Shown: piece by piece, positions 14,651 through 29,475 of the stretch
How positions within the stretch are numbered: position 1 is the first letter of the stretch
How the letters are laid out: each line of letters begins with the position of its first letter
NCBI RefSeq assembly: GCF_009914755.1
Contig: NC_060938.1
DNA length: 64,000 nucleotides
Direction: 5' to 3' (one strand)
From: the human T2T-CHM13v2.0 reference genome, Homo sapiens
Translations under genes and position numbers: made by a program
Notes under the pieces: generated by a model
The model's input: the letters and a program-made list of their open reading frames with translations, nothing else
Told to the model about the DNA's origin: nothing
Databases searched by the model: none

Positions 14651-15361
14651 ATGATAGGTTCTGTGTATCTGCATCCGTTGGTAAAATACCACTTTCCTCG
14701 CAAAATAATCTGCAATCCCACAAAATGGTATCACGGGGTCCCAAGTCGATGGCACTCATCCTGTGGGCCTTAGCTCATGTTTCCCTTGCTCAGAGACGTC
14801 GCCTGACCCCCAGGCAGGTGACCAGATATCACGCTTCCTCTGCTTTTCCTTCACAGGATTTACCAGAATTTGTCAATCTGCTTGTGTCACTTTTTTTTTT
14901 TTTTTTTTTTTTTTGAGTAATGTGTTTCTCACACCAAACTCTGTATGGGGAGAGGCTGTGTCTGCTCTACTCTCTATGGGATCGCGGCTCCGAACTCAGC
15001 ACCAGCTAATCAGGAATTTCATAAATGTCACAGGAAGGAGTGAGGAAACCCATTTATCTTAGAGGTGCTTGAAGCAAAACGTTTTACACTTAGATAAATC
15101 TTGGATCACTTTTTAAATGAGACCTACACGTTTCTTTCATGAAGCAGTCATGATTTCCATAGCACTTTATTCACACTACTTGCATAGTATTTAGTACACT
15201 GCATAGTGACTTTTAAGAGTCCACTTTTACCTGCTAGGTTGAGAGTCACTTAAGGGGGAGATGGCATCTCGCTCATTTCTACATTCCGACTCTTGACTCA
15301 ATCTTTTGAAGGACTGAGTGGTATTTCCAATGTGGATGCTACTGTGAGGCTGTCATTTGGC

Positions 15362-15624
15362 TTCCTTTTTTTTTTTTTTTTTTTGGAAGAAGGAGTCTTA
15401 CTCCTGTCGCTCAGGTGGGAGTGCCGTGGCACAATCACAGCTCATTGCAGCCTTTACTTCCCGGGCTCAGGTGATCCTCCTGCCTAATTTTTTTTTTATT
15501 TTTTTGTATAGACAACCTCTTGCTATATTGCCCAGGCTGGTCTTGAACCCCTGGGCTCAAGGGATCCACCCACATAGGCCTCCCAAATTGGTAGGATTAC
15601 AGGCATGAGCCACTGCACCCGGCC
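15362..15624 (-). mobile_element. AluJ, antisense, internally deleted
   Basis: Poly(T), cctgggctcaag, ggattacaggcatgagccactgcacccggcc. Confidence 0.88.
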
Positions 15625-16045
15625 TCCACTTCTGTTTGGCTGACTTGTCTAAAGGGGTGTTCTTTTTCTGTGATTGTTCTCTGCCCACTTGTGAGAACTA
15701 GAGCACCTGCTAGGTGTCCTTTACTTTGGGTAATTAACCCCACATGTTCCAGATTAAAGGCATTTACCTTTCGATTTACATTCTCTCTCCAGGTACATGA
15801 CCTTTAAGGTACAGAGCTGGAACTCGAGTCAAAGGTTTCTGATGCCTTCTGTACTTTTGATTTCATGTAGCAATTCAAGGCTGTGTGAAATGAACTACAG
15901 GAGATCCAGGTGCTGCTCTGCCCAGGGGATCTAATCCCACCAGACCGGTTGCACTGCACCCTGACCCATGGTCAGGATGTTTCCTGGAATACATCCACTT
16001 GACAGTCTCCTCTCTGTGCCACAGCCTTAGGCAATATGCTGCTGA

Positions 16046-16258
<213 letters not shown>

Positions 16259-16378
16259 TGAGTTTTGGTTGCTGCCCTGTCTTCTAATTCACTGCCTCTT
16301 CCCTCTCCTGGCATGATCCATCCTTCCACTTCTCATGATAATCAGTTGAAACCTTTTTTGGAATTAAATTCACAGAAG

Positions 16379-16581
16379 TTTTGTTTTGGTTTTTGTTTTT
16401 GAGACAGGGTCTCACTCCATAGCCCGGGCTGGAGTGCAGTGGCGCAATCATGGCTCACTGCAGCCGGTCCATCTGGACCTCCCAAGTAGATAGCTGGGAC
16501 TACAGGCACGCACCACTACACATGGCTAATTTTTATTTTTTATTTTTTGTAGAGACAGGGGTCTTGCAATGTTGCCCAGGC
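16379..16581 (-). mobile_element. Truncated AluJ, antisense, about 120 nt downstream of exon 10
   Basis: ttttgagacagggtctcactc...ttgcccagg; flanks tcacagaagtt / tcacaaaggtt. Confidence 0.88.
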
Positions 16582-17264
16582 CTCACAAAGGTTCCAAGGA
16601 TCCATTAGGATAAATTAATAACAGTAATAAACACTGCCTGCAATCTAAAATTTGCCTCACTTTGTATTCATAAAATAGGCCCGAGAGTCTCAGAAGAGAC
16701 TGTTTATTCATGAATTGGTTCAGCCCCAGTTTGCTAAGGACCTGTCATAGCCAAGACCTGCAGGGTGCTAAACACACTGTTGTTCTCTTTTTTTCATTTT
16801 AACATTTGAGGTGAATCCCTTAACCATGATTCTATTCCATTTTAAGAATCTACACCTTAACTAAAGGGTGTGGCTAACCTGCTCTAAGTTGCTGTAACAA
16901 GAATTACAGTCATGTGGAGCATGGCTCACCAGTCAGGAGCTAGGTGAGCCACTTGTGAGCAGTGTCCTGCATGATAATATCTTCCGTGTGTAGCCCCCTC
17001 CCAAATATTTGATTCTCCATTTTGTGACACACAGTCTTTTGATCATAATATACCATACTTTGAATGGACTCCGAATCTGCTTGATGTTGTTAAGTCTCAG
17101 AATTCAACAGATATCAAATGTAACTTTAGTCAGAGAGAAGGTTGGAGACAGTGAGAAGTGTAATAGTGAATGTTAGATAATTTTTATTCTCACATTTTCC
17201 TGTTTTTTTTTCTGCTGTTAGTGTCCTCACCTAATTGCACATATGCTCTTTTTTCTTTTTTATT

Positions 17265-17420
17265 GTTTTATTTCTTTTCTTTCTTTCTTTCTTTCTTTTT
17301 TTTTAAGACAGTGTCTTGCTATTTTGGCTAGGTCGGTCTTGAACTCCTGGCCTCAAGCAATCCTCCCACCTTGGCCTCCTAAAGTGCTAGGATTACAGGC
17401 ATGAGTCACCACACCCAGCT
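17265..17420 (-). mobile_element. Alu monomer (FLAM-like), antisense
   Basis: gaactcctggcctcaagcaatcctcccacc...gattacaggcatgag. Confidence 0.85.
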
Positions 17421-18316
17421 CACATAAACTCTTTTTCTCTTGAGATGCAATTGTTGCTTTCCTTAGAGAAAAATTTTCGTATATTAGGGGCATGAATGCC
17501 AAAGTAAAGGATTTCCTGATTGAAATTTGCTATTTATTAACCTTGTTAAATGCAGTTCCTATCATAAACTCATGACAGTATTGACATCATTATTAAATTA
17601 TAAGAGCTTTAAAAACAGTGAATATTCTTAAATACCGTGGGAGTCAAAATAGGAAGAGAACAAGTAGTAACTCTCTTAGAGAGAGTGCAGTAAGACTGGT
17701 GGGTGGTGCTGGAGATAAGTGGGAACGTAAGCACTGCATAGCAGGTGTGGCAGGTACCACAGAGACACTTCTCTAATTCATTCTCAGTGCAGATCCCCTA
17801 GACCTCAACTCCATACAGTGCATTTATCACAGCCTCACGGCACTGTGCAGGAGGGAAGAGGGTGCAGAACTGGGAACCAGCCTGGATAAGGACAGTGGGA
17901 GCCACCTGTTTGAAAGCAGTCTAGGATCTCTGCTCGTTCTTAGGTCACGGGGCTGCAGCAGGTTGATTAGGCAGCTTGTTTTGAGCTTTCTTGACCAGGC
18001 TGTGGGGATTAGATCACAGCATTTTTTTCCCACTCTCCACTTTCTTTCCAGTGTATGCTTTGTGGAGGTTGCTGGTATGATCTCTGATGGTGAAGGGAGT
18101 TAAGCGTCGTCCTCATGCTATCAGACTCCAGGCAGTAAATTCCATTTTTGTTCTCCTCTCTGCGGCTAATCCAGCCATCTCCACTCCGCTTGCCCCAAAG
18201 AGAGACGTTTCCACATGTAGTTTTAAAAACTACATGTAAGTAATGACTCCCCTACTTGACAGGGACTTCTGCTGCAGATCAAAATAATATTAACAACAAG
18301 ACCTAACTGAACACTT

Positions 18317-18954
<638 letters not shown>

Positions 18955-21238
18955 CGAGCACTTGTTACAGGACCAGCACTTCCCTTGCATTCGTCTATTG
19001 ATTCTTCTAACAATATTATTGTATAACAATAATAGTGTCCACACTGTTCCGATGAATAATTAGGTCTTCCAAAGACTTCATCACCAGACTGCTAACTGGT
19101 AGTGAAGTCAGAATTCAAACCATGGTTCTAACCACTGGGCTACACTGTCTTCTCAGGAGAGACTTGAGGATTTAGAGTACCATTACAGTGTCAGCTTCTT
19201 AGTCCTTTTTGGTGATAGGACCACTTCAATTCCTGAAAATAAGGTAGAGTGGGCAAAAGCAATTCAGTCTTATCTCAAGCTTTCTTGAATCCTCAGAGGC
19301 TTTGAGTTGGGCCGAGCAGCAAGCTTCCTTTCCTTCATTGGATATTACCGCCCCTCAGTCTACTTGTCTCATTTGTCTCAAAATATGGTGGGTAGACACT
19401 GTAACTTGATGTGGTTTCTGATGAAGCAGTGCCAGCCCCCATCTTGACAAATTTTATTTCAATTCATGGTGTCTGTGGTTCAGTTCTGAGAATTGATTTT
19501 AATTTACTCTTGGACTTGAATCCCATGTTCAGGCTCTAACTGATATGGTTGACTTTGAAGGGAACACAGTTAATTAGGATAGATTCAAATGCTATTTTTA
19601 TCCCTTGGATTTATTTCACAGGATAATTTAATTCCATTCAGTATACAGGCTGGGAACAGAGTCTTAAGGATAAGACTTTGAAAGCCAAGTCCTTGGAATT
19701 CACACACAGTAAAGGGCACATTTGGGTCACAGAGGGTGTGGTTTTGATACAAGAGCCCAGTGAGAAACTTGGGAGTATCAGGCAGCCTCTTTTATCATAC
19801 ATGTCCCAGAACGCCCTTTATCAGAGCTAAAATAATCCCCCAGAAGATGCCTCTGACCTATCCAAACAGAGCTGTTGTTTGTCTGTTTGGATTCTTTGAG
19901 GGAGGGGAGGGAGAGAGGTGTTTATTTTCCAGCAGGTTACAAAGATGATACCATATGCAAGTCACTGTTAAAGAAAGCTTCAGAAGGTAGTACCTTAGGC
20001 TCCTCTGACACAAATTTCTTCTTTAGCTGCCTGTGCCTGTGCAAGAGGACATGGGCCAGTTACGTTTGCACGCATTCCGTCTTGTGTTCTGACCCTGATT
20101 CTCAGATGTATTCACTTGTATTTTGTGGAGGAACAGAAGCCCAGTTCCTAGGAGACTCAGCAAGGGAAGGGCCTGCCTCTCTGCCTTTGGTTGGAGGGTC
20201 TGGAACCTGCCATGGCCCAGAAACCAAGAAGAGTAGGCTGGGAAGGAGGCAGTCATCAAGTCAGTTCTCCCAAGGGGAAAAAAAGAAGACTATTCATTCT
20301 TTTGTCCTGGGCTTCTTGGCCGATTGGAAGGCCAGACAGTGCTCATGAATAATTTACTCATGGTGTTGACTTTTTTCCGGAGTCAAGCCCTACAGAAAAG
20401 TAAGGGAAACAAAGGGGCATGCATCCCATTGACCAGACATCTTTCAGCATGTTTCATCAACTGTATTAAAGGGAAACTCAGCTGTCATTGACATTTCAAC
20501 CCCAAACTCCTGAAGCCAGCCAGCACACATTTGATTGGCTGTTTTTGACAAAGTGTGGAATACTGTATCTGAAATATGTTGGGTGAGGAATAGTTTATAG
20601 AAGGGCACAGTTTAAATTTCACTTCCTCCTCACCATGTTACCCCTGGGCACACAGCACTTTCCAACACATGCTTTTCGACTCATGAGTCTGACTGCTTTG
20701 TGCCTTATGCAGTTGTTGGCATGCTGGGTGCGTGGTAATTAGTGTTTACCCTGAAAGCTCCAAATGCTTCCCGTGGTATTTCGCCATCCCATTTTGCAGA
20801 TGTGGCCCACAGAGGAAGCTTTTGCCCCACAGAGGCTCACTGCCAAGTCTGACATGCCGCCTTTTACTCCCATGATTACGTGGCACATGAACTTTTCAAC
20901 TTTGAGCTGCTGATTTCTCCTCAGATTGAGAGAAAAATGTCTACTTAATTTGACTCTTTTAAAAATTCAGAATTTGGGAAGAGTAGCAATCTCACTCGCA
21001 AGATTAAGCCCTGTTAAGCTAGTCTCTGAACATAGTTGGGGGATCTGTGTGAATATACCGATCACCAACATCATCTAGCTCTTGTTTCTCAAGAATCATG
21101 AGGGTCCACAGGTGCCTCGCTGACTCCAGATAACTCAGCTGGGCATAGCCTTGCTTGGCAAGTGGTCTCCTCTGTGAGCACCACTTCCTGGTCTAAGAAT
21201 TCACAAGTGATCCGTTTCCAAATGAATTTGTGTGTTGG

Positions 21239-21589
<351 letters not shown>

Positions 21590-22359
21590 TTACTGTGCAC
21601 TCTCTCTCTCTCCCTGCAGTTCTTCCCCTCTGGAAAACTGTGGCAATCTCTCTCTGATTCCCACCTCCTAGGACCTCTCTTACTCCTCAGTATTTCTTAT
21701 CAGCAGACTTTGAGTCCCCAGATGTCTTTCATTTGAGCCTGGAGTTTTGGGCTCTTACTGTCACCTCACCTCTATTGGAATTCAGTTCTGTATTTATATT
21801 CATTCTACTCATTCTAGTGAGGAAAATCTTTTTAGATAAAGATGAAAGTAAAATTTAACAGCTCTCTTTTCCCTTTGTCATCTGCTGGCATTATTCCTTC
21901 TGCTGCAAGAAGTAGGTCTCTTCTCTCTTGATTTGCATACTGCAGAGACTACTACAAATTGTCATTTGTTGTTTGTATAGTCCTTGTTTATTCAGTACAT
22001 GCCAGCCATGGGAATGCTCAGTATATTAGTAACTTTCACATCAGACTTTGGCTGTGAGCCCTCACCTGGGACTGATACTGGCTCTTTGAGCTTTTTAGTC
22101 ATGTGCTTGTCTCTTCTCTTACTTAGCTTGTCATGCCTTGCTGTGCCATGGTGGCCTCATTCAGTGACTGCTCTTCAACTCTCACCAGAAAGTGACCACC
22201 ATTCCTGACTTCCAAGATCCTTCTTCAAGGATATGATGGAGAGCTCAGAGCTTTCCAGCTTCTTAGAGTAGCTCAGCATTTCCCTCAAATGGGGTCTTCC
22301 CTTTTCCCGTAGTGAAACTCATCAGCCACTGTTCTGCACCCTTGCATGGCCTCTGGAGA

Positions 22360-22770
22360 TCTTTTAACAAGTATTTGTTGAGCGTCACCCTTCTGCCAAG
22401 GATATGGATGTAATGGTATGAGCAAAAACAAAAATACTCGCCAGTGGAGGGTATGATCCAGTGAGGGAGAAAGATGTCAATCAAATGATTATACCAATAA
22501 AAAGTAGCAACCATGACTAGTGCTATGAAGAGGAGAAATACAATGCAGTGAATGAGAACCTAGAATAGGGTGATTCTATCCAGTTAGGGAAAGATGGAAG
22601 ATTTTTATAAGGAAGTGACTCTTGGGCTGAGGTCACGGTAAAGAGGGAAGGAAGGAACATTTGAGACAGAAGAAACAGCAAACGCAGATAGATGCCCAGT
22701 AACAGGAAGGAGTGTGGCAAGGTCAGGGGTTTTTAGAGCAGGCCAGCCTGGCTGGAGTCTAGGAAGCGCA
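22360..22770 (-). mobile_element. L2 fragment
   Basis: ttaacaagtatttgttgagc start and L2-type body; approximate. Confidence 0.65.
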
Positions 22771-23254
22771 TCTTACTTCACTTGGCATTTTATTATCCTA
22801 CAGTGTTCAGTCAGCTGATGACTTCAAGATTTTATTAAACACTCCTTGTAAATAATTTATTTGAAGGTTAGGTAAGGCCGGTCATGTTGCCAATCCCTGG
22901 AGGAGCCATCTATTCACAGTGAGTTCTCTGTGTCCAGGTCTGTGCATTTATACTCAACAATGGGTTTATAAAATATTAGAGCCAGAGGAGACCTCAAACG
23001 TTGCTAAGGGCCAAGTTATCTTTTACAGATGAGGGACTTCAGGTGTGAAACGTCCAAAAATTGTTTCTCATAGTGGATATTCTCTTCGGATGACTCATCT
23101 GCTGTTTGCTTTCCATCTCCAGGAAAACAAAAATATGGCTAGAAAATTTTGTTTCAGTCTTCAACTTACAGCTGGCATGAAGAGCAAATCAAGACATTTT
23201 GAGGCATTCAACCCTGTTTACTCCATTGCAGTGAGAAAAATCCAGTTGAGATCA

Positions 23255-24880
23255 GAACATATTTCCTGAGCTGCCACCTAGTGCCGGATGTTGCATTAGG
23301 AGGTGTAGATACAAGATGAGTAGATGAGATGTCTGCCCTTTGAGGCGCTTTCTGTGGGGTGAGAGAGATAGCCATTAATAAGTCATGGCAGCTGGGTTCC
23401 AAAATTGGAGTTTTCCCAGGGTATCTTGGGAGCAGACAGAATGGCCACTTGCCCTAAGATGGATGTTCAGGCAAACTTCCTGGAGGAGGTGATGCCTGAG
23501 CTGAGTGTGAAGAGTTAAAAGCTGAACAAAGATAAGGAGGGTGTTTAGGTAGGGGAGCAAGTTTGAGCAAAGCAGAGAAGTGTGGTGAATGTGTAGTTAA
23601 AGTGGAAAATGACAGGAACTTTGGTAGCACTGGAGCCTGAAGTTGGAGGCATGGGAAGAGGGAAGGCTAGAGGAGGCTGCAGAAATGAAGTATTAAGCAC
23701 TTACTGTTCTTGAGATGTTTGAATTCTGGGTCACTTAGGACTTTGCTCCATTGCCTATCACAGGAAACATAAAAATGACAGTGGCTTAAGCCAGATGGAA
23801 ACATAGTGCTCTCTCACATGAAAAGCCCGGAGGTAGGTAGTCCAGCCCCGCCATGGAAGCTCCGTGGAGTCATTTGCAACCCAGATTTCTGTGCTTTCTG
23901 TTCTGCTGTAGACAGGGTCACCTCCTTGTCTAAATGGTTGCTGAAGATCTAGGAATCATCTCTCTATTCCAATTCCATGTAGTAAGAAGGGCTAGAGGGC
24001 ATTCCTCCAAACTGAGTCAGCTCCCTTTAAGGGGCCTCCTGGAATTCCACACAGTACTTACCATGGAATTGGCCAGAACTTGATCATATGGCTGAGTCTA
24101 GCTCCAGTGAAAGCCAAGAAATACAGTATTACAAGTGGCCATGTTCCAGCTAAAAATCAGCATTCCATTATTAAGAAGGGAAAGAATCATTATTTGATAG
24201 AAAACTTGCAGTGTCAGACACAAATTCCATGCCAGGGAGTCTGGGCTTTATGGAGCAGGTAACCTTTGAAGAATTCTCAGCAGGTCTTATGACATGAGTG
24301 GATTTATATTTTACTTTTACGTGCGGGTGGGGGGCATGGCATGTGTGGACATACCCATGGTAAGTAGCAGCCAGGTTGCAGGGGAGAGGTTCATTTTGAG
24401 GCAGTTGCAGAGTTCCAAGTAACAAGATAATGAGGACCTGAACTAAGACAGTGATGGTAGGGCTGATGAGAAAGGCATAAGAGATAATAGCAAGTAAAGC
24501 TGATAGGACTTAGTATTTGGGTGGATTCAGGGTAAAAAAGAAACCGGAAATCATTTCCAGGTGTTTAGCTAGAAGGTTGAGTGGATGGCAGTGCCATTAG
24601 CTAGGAGAGATCATGTGCCTAGGAAGAAGTCTAGGCAAAAGAGGAAGAAGTTTTAGAAAGGTTGTATGACAGGTGCCTGAGGTATACTCCAGTGGAGATG
24701 CTCCATGGATAGGGGCATAGGAGTCTGAAGCTCAGTAAAGAGGATGGGCTGAATTAAATATTTGGAAGTCATCAGGACATAGCTATTAGTTGAGACCACG
24801 AGACTGAATGAGATCACCCAATAGGAGTCTCTTAAATGGAACAGTGTGAGTCAAGGACAGAACCCTGGGGAACCAGACTC
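23255..24880 (-). mobile_element. Degenerate L2 interrupted by an old MaLR (MLT1J-like) LTR at about 23720-24220
   Basis: ggaggaggtgatgcctgagctgag and gtggatggcagtgccattagc L2 motifs; cagtggcttaagccagatgg...ggaggtaggtagtccag MLT1-type motif. Confidence 0.6.
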
Positions 24881-26149
24881 CATTAGAAATCTGCCTAAAT
24901 TTGGCTCCAGGGTTATAGAAACAATTGGTATGTTCATCATTTAGAGTAAGTATCCCCAAAGTGCCAGTGTATTAAAAATATAATTCCATAAAAGTATAGA
25001 AAAAGATCACTTACTTTAGAGTATGTGTGTGATGCTACATATATTCTTCCTACTGAAAGAATGCTGGACATGGTTTTCAGAAGCCCTGCATGCTAGACCC
25101 AGCCCTGGTCCTGGGGATGTGGGCAGGTTGCTGAATGCCCCTAGCCCTTTGGCCCATCTGTACAGTGGAGGTGCCATTGGCACAGCTTCCCAGCAGGGTC
25201 CTTGTAAAACTCAAATCAGATGGAAGTAGAAATGCGAATGCTTTTTGGAACATGCCGTGTCAATATAAGAGGTTATCTTTGCATATGTGCTGTCACCTCA
25301 TTTGGGTTTTCTTGGTATCCATAGGCATAGGCAGCAATTATTCTCAAGACACTGCCTGAATAACAGGTAATTCTTCATAGAAATTGGAGTTTTAGCTTGT
25401 AAAAATCAACCTTTTGAAGACCAGTCTCTATAGTAAACTCTGGTCATGCTTTTCTTTGAAACCAAATCATTTTCTCTGTATTTTCACAATATTTTGAAAT
25501 TGCAAGTGATTGATATACTTACCATGAACTTACCATAAACCCTTGAGATAATTTTCTTAGGAAGTCCTAGGGCATATGTGACAGGTTGTACAACCTGAAG
25601 ACTATACTCTGGCATTTTGTTTCAATTTCAACAGTTTCTAATGTTTAGGGGAAGCAGTTGACCTCATTTTGAGTTTACGCCTTCTGGTATTAAAGCAGAT
25701 GTTTGATGGTTAATTTGAGAGGAGATTCAAGAACCTTTTCAGACCATTAGTGGAGTGAACATCCTGAGGATGTAATCCCAGTAATGCAGTTTCTCAAAGG
25801 ACCTAACTTTATAACAGATAGACATTTAAGCCCTGGGACACCTTGATCATTTTTCTGTACTTCATATATTAAACCAGAATGCTGATCCTGGCATACCTCC
25901 TCAGGGTTTGGCCTTTTCATCAGTGAAGGCTGTGACTATTTGGAACTAATTGATAAATGTGTTAGTGGCTTTCACCAGCTAATGAAACCAGGCCACCAGT
26001 TTTGCTCTTCTTCCCACCAAATTGACCAAGCAACCAATTGCTTCATTATAATTACAGAGAATCTTGGATTTATTTGCTGAACAAGAAAAATACAGTCATT
26101 TAATCTTTATGTATTAAATGAACACAACCATTTGTAAAAAGTAATTGAA

Positions 26150-26730
26150 TTGTACAGTTCAACAAATGTTTATGAAAAGTCTACCCAATGCAAACCTTTG
26201 TCAGGCTCTTAGGGAGTAAAAGAAGAATAAAGACAGGTCCTGCCCTCGAGCTTGGGGTGTTTGTTCTTTCCGTTAACAAATAATTTTTTTGTTGTTGGGC
26301 ACTCACTGTGTACCAGACGCTACTGTGAGCTCTGGAAAAATACAGGAAATAAAACAGACAAAACCCCCTCCTCTCAGGGAGCTTAACTTCTAGCACAAGT
26401 AGTAGGACAAAATATAGAAAGAACACAAAAGTAGGACAAAAGACAAAAATATATTGAATGTTAGGGTGATTCAGTATATGGATAAAAAACTTGGTAAGAG
26501 CAATATAAAATTCAGTAACAAAGATTTACTGTTTGACACAGAGATTTTTAAAAGCTTCTCTGATAAGGGACATTTGAGCAGATGAACAAAGACCTAAGGA
26601 TGGGAGGAGGCAGCTCCATGTGAATATCTGGGAGAAGAGTGTTCTAGGCCAAGTCCTTGGAGGGAGAGTGCGCAGTGGGATCAAGGAGCAGCAGAGGGAC
26701 CAGTGGGCTGGAGCAGATGAATTCGGGCGT
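26150..26730 (-). mobile_element. L2 fragments
   Basis: ttcaacaaatgtttat; gggcactcactgtgtaccagac; ggggacatttgagcaga. Confidence 0.65.
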
Positions 26731-27774
26731 CATGGGCGTCGAGGGCCCAAGCCTTTTTGTTTTCTTTCTGCAATACAGAATGCTAACCACATGTGTTGAG
26801 CATTTGTCCTGTAAGGATAAACTCCTCTGTTTAATTGTATCTTCTGTATGACAGTTGCACAAGGTAAGTGGCATTATCCTTATTTTGCAGACAAAGGTCA
26901 GTGACATTATCCTATATTTAAGGCTCTGGGAAGTGAAAGGACTTGTTCAAGGTCACACAGTATGTGGTGGAATCTACAATTCCACTCCATGATATCCTTT
27001 TGAATCCATGCAGGTGCTGAGTTCCCTCACCCATCAGGCCTTTCCACACGTTTCCCTCTGCTTAGAATGCTCCCCCATCTCTTTGCCAAGCTTCCAGCTA
27101 CCAATTCTTGCAGTCTCATCTTAGTCATCACCTCCTCTGATAAGCCTTTCCTGGACTCCCCTACCCTCCAGATTCCATCTAGGTTAGGTGCCCCCTCTGT
27201 TCCCATGGCATCCCATGAAACCCTTCCCTTAGTGCTTTCCATAGGCTGTGCCCCTGTGCATATGGGTTCATGAAGGCAGGGACTGTGGCTGTCCAAGCCC
27301 AGCCCCTAGGACAATGACAGGAGTGTTAGGTGTTCTTAGGTGTTCATGGAATTGACCAAGGCCTCAAATTCTACGCTTTTTTTATTTTAAGATGACAGGT
27401 CAGGGCTGAGAATATATTATGATTGCTACCATTTATTGAACATCTACTATGAGCCAGGCTCTATTCTGAGCTCTCTGCATTAACTCACCTACTCCTCATG
27501 ACAGCGCTATGATATGACACTCAGCTTGGGAAGAGCTGCCCATTGATTGTCTTATTCTGGCCCAAACCCATGATTTTCTCATAACTCAAAGCAGTCTTTT
27601 TTAAATAAGTGAAAGCCTTCTGGAAAGTTTCTCTGATTGACCGAAAAGGATGTTTGCACATCTGTAGTAGTGATGCATTTATATCCTCATACATATTTAT
27701 TTGGATCTGACTTCGATTCTTTCCTTAGAACAGATTCCTGGAAAGGCACACAAATTAACGACTTTTAGAGCTGG

Positions 27775-28030
27775 CATTGTGGATAAGAGCTGGGGCTCCT
27801 GAGTAGAATGGACCTGGGTGTTTCCAGTCTTGGTTCTGCCACTTCTCTGTTGTGGGATCTTGATCAGGTTACTTTACCTCTCTAAGCCTCAGTTTCTTCA
27901 ATGATAAAATGGAAGTCCTGGAAATACTCACCTGAGGGTGGTTGTTAGAATTAAATTTGTGATGTGGAGGTGCATGTAAAGCCTTTAGACCAGAGCCTGG
28001 TATGTAGTACATGCTCAGTGATGTTCACTT
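27775..28030 (+). mobile_element. MIR
   Basis: ctctctaagcctcagtttcttcaatgataaaatgg core; catgtaaagcctttag. Confidence 0.82.
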
Positions 28031-28621
28031 TTAAACATTCTGTTTGCTACCACTTTTGGGAAAAGCATCAAACACATGTTCCAGTGACGGGTATTGGTGC
28101 CATTTTTCTAGTTCCCCTCATAGATCTTAAGTGCACAATTGGATAAATTTTGACATATGTACACATTGTGTAATCAATACTCCAAATACTATATGGAACA
28201 TTTCTGTCATCCTAGAAAGTTTTTAGTGCCCCTTTCAGTTAGTCCCCAAACACCCCCATAGGCACCCAGTGATTCTGTGTTGATATTATAGGCTGTGGAT
28301 ATCCACATTGAAACTATTGAGTGTCTTCAAAGTAGAATTGCTTCTCAGGAGTGTCCTTTTCAGTATAAGAGGATGGGCTCTTTAAACTGACTACATGAGT
28401 GTAATGGCAGTTATGATCAGAAGAGACTACCCAAAGAAAGACTTCATCCCATCAGTCAGTTTTACTCTCTGTAGAGAAAAGTAATTACAGGAGGATAAAC
28501 ACCAGCACATCAACAGTTGTTGTCTGAGGTAATATAGGTGATTTTTATTTTCTTTTTGATGGTTTTCAAATGTTCTGTATTGAACAAGTGTTGTCTTTTT
28601 ATCATTAAAAAAATGCCATCC

Positions 28622-28919
28622 TATTTATTTATTTATTTAGAGATGGAGTCTCACTCTGTCACCCAGGCTGGAGTGCAGTGGCTTGATCTCAGCTCACTGC
28701 AGCCTCTCCTCCCGGGCTCAAGCGATTCTCCTGCCTCAGCCTCCCAAGTGCCTGGGATTGCAGGCATGCGCCACCACACTCGGCTAATTTTTGTATTTTT
28801 AGTAGAGACGGGGTTTCACCATGTTGGCCAGGCTAGTCTCAAATTCCTGACCTCAAGTGATCCCCTACCTGGGCTTCACAAAGTGCTGGGATTACAGGCA
28901 TGAGCCACCGCACCTGGGC
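28622..28919 (-). mobile_element. AluS, antisense
   Basis: (TTTA)n tail, full dimer. Confidence 0.93.
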
Positions 28920-29084
28920 AGAAATGCTATTTTAGAAGTGATCTCATGTGATACTATGTTTTTCAACATGATGTCAGAAATTGGTAACCTGCTGTTTTAT
29001 CAGTTAAGTTCTGTCAAGCCCCAGCCTCATGCTGTGACCACTCCTTGTCTGTGAAACCCAGTTCTACAGAAGTCACAAAGCCAT

Positions 29085-29475
29085 TGTCTTAGTCTGCTCA
29101 GTACTGCTTAGTCTGCTGCCATAATAAATACCACAGACTGGATTCCTTGAACAGAAATGTATTTCTCACAGCTCTGGAGACTGGGAATTCCAAGATCTGG
29201 GTGCTGGCCAATTTGGTTCCTCATGAGGGCTCTCTTCCTGGCTTTAAGGTGGCTGCCGTCTTGCTGTGTTCTCATGCGGTGAGGGGATGGAGAGAGCACA
29301 GGCTTTCTGGTGTCTCTTGTTATAAGGTCACACATTCCATCATGAGACCTCACCTTTGTGGCCTCACCTAGCCCCAATTATCTCCCAAAGGCCCTACCTC
29401 CAAATGCTATCACATTAGAGCTTAGGGCTTCAATATATGAATTCTGGCAGGACACAAAACATTCAGTCCATTACA
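29085..29475 (-). mobile_element. MaLR solo LTR (MLT1A/B-like), complete
   Basis: TG...CA termini with perfect 5-bp TSD GCCAT (29080-29084 / 29476-29480); acagaaatgtatttctcacagctctggag motif. Confidence 0.9.

Noticed and set aside
14891-14917. Orphan T24 followed by GAG as a cryptic acceptor (other long A/T runs at about 33603, 42847, 44911)
   Set aside because: GAG is a poor acceptor and no partner donor was found; ordinary mononucleotide runs.
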